A DNA stretch of 64,000 nucleotides, taken from the NCBI GenBank assembly GCA_028696055.1, contig JAQVHV010000001.1, positions 11,001 to 75,000 of the forward strand, in the 5' to 3' direction. This document shows, piece after piece, positions 60,635 to 64,000 of the stretch. A program made the position numbers and the translations under genes. The stretch's first letter is position 1, and each line of letters begins with the position of its first letter. The notes under the pieces are model-generated. The model did no database searches. It worked only from the letters and a program-made list of their open reading frames with translations, and was not told the origin of the DNA. This stretch comes from Sulfurovum sp. Lineage in GTDB: Bacteria > Campylobacterota > Campylobacteria > Campylobacterales > Sulfurovaceae.

Positions 60635-61687
60635 CTACACCTTCAACTCATTGGGTTTATTAGCAAACTGCAGCGCGACATCACGGCTGATAATCCCCTG
60701 GGAAAGGTATTTCTGAAGCGCCTGCGTCTGTGTCTGCATCCCTGTATCACCTTGCCCCAGCTGCATCTGGGAGTAGATCTGGTGTACTTTGTCTTCACGG
60801 ATAAGGTTTGCGATCGCGTGGTTGGTGATCAGTATCTCCGATGCTGCGATACGTCCTCCACCAAGTTTTGGAAGCAGAGACTGCGCGATCACGGCGATCA
60901 GCGAGGCAGAGAGCATTGCACGAATCTGGGGCTGTTCATCTCCGTTAAATACATCGATGATACGGTTGATCGTTCCTGACGCCGAAGAGGTATGTAGTGT
61001 ACCAAAAACCAAGTGGCCTGTTTCTGCAGCAGTCAGAGCAGCTTCGATCGTCTCCTTGTCCCTCATCTCCCCGATCAGGATGATATCCGGATCCTGACGC
61101 ATCGCATATTTCAGCGCAATGGCAAATGACTTTGTATCCTCGCCCACGCCTCTGTGAGAGAAGACACATTTTTTGTTCTGGTGGATAAATTCGACCGGAT
61201 CCTCAACTGTCACCACGTGTTTTTGTTCGGTCTGATTGATCTCATTGAGCATGGCCGCCAGTGTGGTAGATTTACCCGAACCTGTCGGCCCGGTGACCAG
61301 AATAAGCCCTTTTTCGCGTTTGACAAGTTTTTTATAGACCTGTGGTGCTCCCAGGTCATCAAGAGAGGGGATATTGATAGGAATGGTCCTGAATGCCGCA
61401 GCCATATCTCCCAATGTCCTATAGTAATTTGCCCTGAAACGCCCGATCCCCGGCAGCAGCAATGCAAAGTCAAGCTCGTCGTGCTCTTCAAATGCCTGTT
61501 TCTGTTTCTCTGTGATCAGAGAGTAGCACATCTCTTCGATATCGTCACCGGTAAGTATGGGAAGGTTGACCGGCTTCAGCCTCCCGTCGAGCCTGATCTG
61601 CGGTTCTGTACGGCTTACGAGGTGAAGGTCTGATGCACCATGTGTCACGACACTCTGGAGCAGTTTTTTGATATCGAAGCTTGCCAT
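60635..61687 (-). CDS. pilT: PilT/PilU family ATPase
   Basis: ASDLHL, TGPTGSGKSTTL, EDPVE, RQDPD..IGEMRD, AIANLIRE. Confidence 0.92.
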   Translation of the reverse strand: MASFDIKKLLQSVVTHGASDLHLVSRTEPQIRLDGRLKPVNLPILTGDDIEEMCYSLITEKQKQAFEEHDELDFALLLPGIGRFRANYYRTLGDMAAAFRTIPINIPSLDDLGAPQVYKKLVKREKGLILVTGPTGSGKSTTLAAMLNEINQTEQKHVVTVEDPVEFIHQNKKCVFSHRGVGEDTKSFAIALKYAMRQDPDIILIGEMRDKETIEAALTAAETGHLVFGTLHTSSASGTINRIIDVFNGDEQPQIRAMLSASLIAVIAQSLLPKLGGGRIAASEILITNHAIANLIREDKVHQIYSQMQLGQGDTGMQTQTQALQKYLSQGIISRDVALQFANKPNELKV

Positions 61688-61697
61688 CGGCTATCCT

Positions 61698-62039
61698 TTA
61701 TTGCAATTTTTCATTATATAAATTCTCATTATACCCAACGATGAGATCATTGTCCAATACAATTACTGGACGTTTGATCAGCATGTTCTCTTTTGCCAAC
61801 CAGATTTTTTGATGTGTATCATCGAGATTGAGTTCTTTGAGCCTGAGTGTACGGTAGGTGGTGCCTCTGGAATTGAAGAGCGTGTTGATATCGGTGTATT
61901 CGAGCCATTGCGATATCTCATTCTCCGATACGGGTGTTTCCCTGAAGTCTATAAACTCGAACTCCAGTGCATGACCTTTAAGGTACTTGAGCGCTTTGCG
62001 GACCGAGTCGCAGTTTTTGATGCCGTATACTTTGATCAT
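61698..62039 (-). CDS. ArsC/Spx/MgsR family protein
   Basis: YGIKNCDSVRKA, LIKRPV. Confidence 0.88.
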   Translation of the reverse strand: MIKVYGIKNCDSVRKALKYLKGHALEFEFIDFRETPVSENEISQWLEYTDINTLFNSRGTTYRTLRLKELNLDDTHQKIWLAKENMLIKRPVIVLDNDLIVGYNENLYNEKLQ

Positions 62040-62149
62040 TGTTGAAGTTCCTTGTGTGGAATATGTTTTACGCGGCTAGCCGTGTGAGCCCTCCGCTGAG
62101 GAGAACCCAGTGTTAACGTAGTAAAATGGGCTTTGCTCATTTTACGTCC

Positions 62150-62440
62150 TTATTCAATAATCGCCGGCACGATAAAGAAGTCATCTTTCGCATTGGGTGC
62201 ATGACGGAGGATCTCTTTTGCAACATCTGCATCGTTATGAGGAATATCCTCTCTCATCGGTGTTCCGCCCTCCAGCGTGGAGAAGGTCGCAGAGAGATTT
62301 TTTGTGTCGAGTTCATTAAGGTTTTCCACATAGGCAAGAATTTCGCTCAATTGGCTTTTCACCGCTTCTTTTTTTGATTCATCGATACGTAAGTGTGAAA
62401 GTTTTTCCAAATTTGCCAAAACTTTGTCATCAATTTGCAT
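62150..62440 (-). CDS. gatC: Asp/Glu-tRNA amidotransferase subunit C
   Basis: LEKLSHL, L..I..YVE.L.ELD, MRED, FF.VP.II. Confidence 0.93.
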   Translation of the reverse strand: MQIDDKVLANLEKLSHLRIDESKKEAVKSQLSEILAYVENLNELDTKNLSATFSTLEGGTPMREDIPHNDADVAKEILRHAPNAKDDFFIVPAIIE

Positions 62441-62522
62441 AATCTACCTTGCTTCTTAAAGATTTTTGCTTATTATATATCAATTTAGTTTAGAATTAGA
62501 GAAATATAAGAAAAGGAAAACG

Positions 62523-62864
62523 ATGTTGCAGTTAGATATGAATTCTCAGGAATTTAAAGATGAGATGGAAAAAACAGAGAAGTTTACGGATAAGGTGTGC
62601 GAATCCAGAGGGTGGGTCTACGGTCCGAATGCGGATGTCAATGAAGGTGTGATCATGGGGCTTGCCAGACACAGGCTTCTGTACGGGAAAAGATTCTGCC
62701 CCTGTTTTATGGTAGAAGAGGATCCTGAAAAGCCGGGCAAGTTCAAAAGTACCGATGACCGTATCTGCCCGTGCAAACCGGCGATCGAAAAAGAGATCCC
62801 GGAACATGGTATCTGTCACTGCCAGATCTTCTGTACACCGGAGTATTTTGAAGCAAATAAATAA
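62523..62864 (+). CDS. Ferredoxin:thioredoxin reductase catalytic (beta) subunit-like protein
   Basis: CPC...CPC...CHC triad; AAGGA RBS before ATG 62523. Confidence 0.88.
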   Translation: MLQLDMNSQEFKDEMEKTEKFTDKVCESRGWVYGPNADVNEGVIMGLARHRLLYGKRFCPCFMVEEDPEKPGKFKSTDDRICPCKPAIEKEIPEHGICHCQIFCTPEYFEANK

Positions 62865-62938
62865 GAGTTTTATGAAAAGTAGATAAAATACGCGATTATT
62901 TTATCGTCACTTCAAAAGAGACGCTATAAAGGTATTTT

Positions 62939-63283
62939 ATGCACCCAGCATTAGACAAAAGCAGTATCCACTCCGAAGAGCTGGAGGAGCTGCTCCGACA
63001 AAGAGGGGAGGGGAAAATAGATTTTCTCCTCGTTGATGTGAGAGAGGATATGGAGTACAGGATGGGGCACATCAAGGGGGTCGATATCCTTTTGCCTACC
63101 TCTTCGTTCGGCCAGTGGGCGGAGAAGTTTCTTGAGGACCATAAGGAAAAAACGGTTATTTTCACCTGCCGTACGGGAAACAGAAGCGGGCAGGTGCAGC
63201 ATATCTTTAAGCAGCATGGACTTGAACGCGGGATCAACCATGCCGGGGGTATCGTCTCCTATCGTGGCGAGATAGAAAAGTAA
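62939..63283 (+). CDS. Rhodanese-like domain protein
   Basis: LVDVRE..EY..GHI.G, CRTGNRS, GGI. Confidence 0.9.
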   Translation: MHPALDKSSIHSEELEELLRQRGEGKIDFLLVDVREDMEYRMGHIKGVDILLPTSSFGQWAEKFLEDHKEKTVIFTCRTGNRSGQVQHIFKQHGLERGINHAGGIVSYRGEIEK

Positions 63284-63284
63284 G

Positions 63285-63845
63285 ATGCAGAGGATACTCT
63301 ATCTGCATGGTTTTTCTTCTTGCGGAGAGGGGAATAAATCCGGAGCGCTCGGGAGATATTTCGGTATTGAAAATCTGCTTGCCCCTGACCTGCCGTATGT
63401 GCCGCAGGAGGCTATCGAAACCCTTTCAAAACTGATCTCCGGAAATAATCCTTCCCTGCTGGTCGGTTCTTCATTGGGTGGCTACTATGCGACCTATCTT
63501 GCGGAAAAATTTGACATTCCTGCTGTATTGATCAACCCCTCCTGTACCCCCTGGGAAACTCTGTCTGCGTATGTAGGATGGCAGAAGCGTTTTTGTGATG
63601 GGGAGCGGTTTGAGTTCAAGCCGGTCTATCTGGAACAGCTCAGACACTTCTCTGTACTGCCTGAAAGATCGAGGTATCTGGTTCTGTTGCAGAGTAAAGA
63701 TGAAGTGCTGGATTATCGTATTGCAAAAGAACGCTACAGAGATCAGAGGGTGGTCGTCGAGTACGGCGGAAATCACCGCTTTGAGAATATCCATGAGTAT
63801 CTCTCCATGATAGAGAGTTTTATGAAATCCCAGGAGAATAGATGA
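63285..63845 (+). CDS. YqiA/YcfP family esterase
   Basis: LYLHGF.S, GSSLGGYYA, DEVLDY, GGNHRF. Confidence 0.9.
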   Translation: MQRILYLHGFSSCGEGNKSGALGRYFGIENLLAPDLPYVPQEAIETLSKLISGNNPSLLVGSSLGGYYATYLAEKFDIPAVLINPSCTPWETLSAYVGWQKRFCDGERFEFKPVYLEQLRHFSVLPERSRYLVLLQSKDEVLDYRIAKERYRDQRVVVEYGGNHRFENIHEYLSMIESFMKSQENR

Positions 63846-64000
63846 GTGTTGTAGACCTCTTGATGAAATTGTTGAGTTATGAATCGATTACCCCTGATGA
63901 TGCAGGTTCTCTCAGATTTATCGAGAAGTACCTGGATGGGTTTGAGGCTACCTATGTCAATAGGGAAGGGGTGAAAAATCTTTTTTTGACCAAGGCGTTG
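63842..64000 (+). CDS. dapE: Succinyl-diaminopimelate desuccinylase, 5' part (runs off window)
   Basis: Manual read MSVVDLLMKLLSYESITPDDAGSL...VKNLF; SITP.D.G is typical of the DapE N-terminus. Confidence 0.7.
   Translation, partial: MSVVDLLMKLLSYESITPDDAGSLRFIEKYLDGFEATYVNREGVKNLFLTKAL

Noticed and set aside
60635-61687. Orphan pilT as evidence of a novel pilus system
   Set aside because: No other pilus genes here; it sits in an ordinary housekeeping run (gatC-cvpA-fur)

Overview
Chromosomal window from a Campylobacterota (Epsilonproteobacteria) bacterium, most like Sulfurovum. This is inferred from gene content and order (hobA-holB-folP-ligA-tlyA-ribF; gatC-pilT-cvpA-fur-lysS-glyA-DUF1882-SPOR). 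Two accessory regions stand out. (1) 1-10458 is an AT-rich Tn7-like transposon (tnsA, tnsB, tnsC/tniB, tniQ). Its TGT end and TnsB-type repeats sit inside the natural-transformation gene dprA, and it carries an SspBCD-type phosphorothioate defence operon. (2) 44.3-53.1 kb lies between trpE and aroE. It couples a double-cubane-type [Fe-S] reductase and its ATP-dependent activator to two membrane polyferredoxins, a DsbD-like membrane protein and a TonB-dependent receptor. Its two promoters share a near-identical direct-repeat operator, and the receptor has a highly structured 5' leader. Other unexplained signals are two tandem structured RNA candidates (11.67-12.01 kb), a DnaA-box cluster with no dnaA nearby (36.0 kb), an apparently catalytically dead but intact IS1595 transposase, a His-less hybrid kinase, a TatC with a ~110-aa loop insertion and a LysRS with a Cys-rich tail. 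All calls come from motif recognition by eye; no database searches were run.
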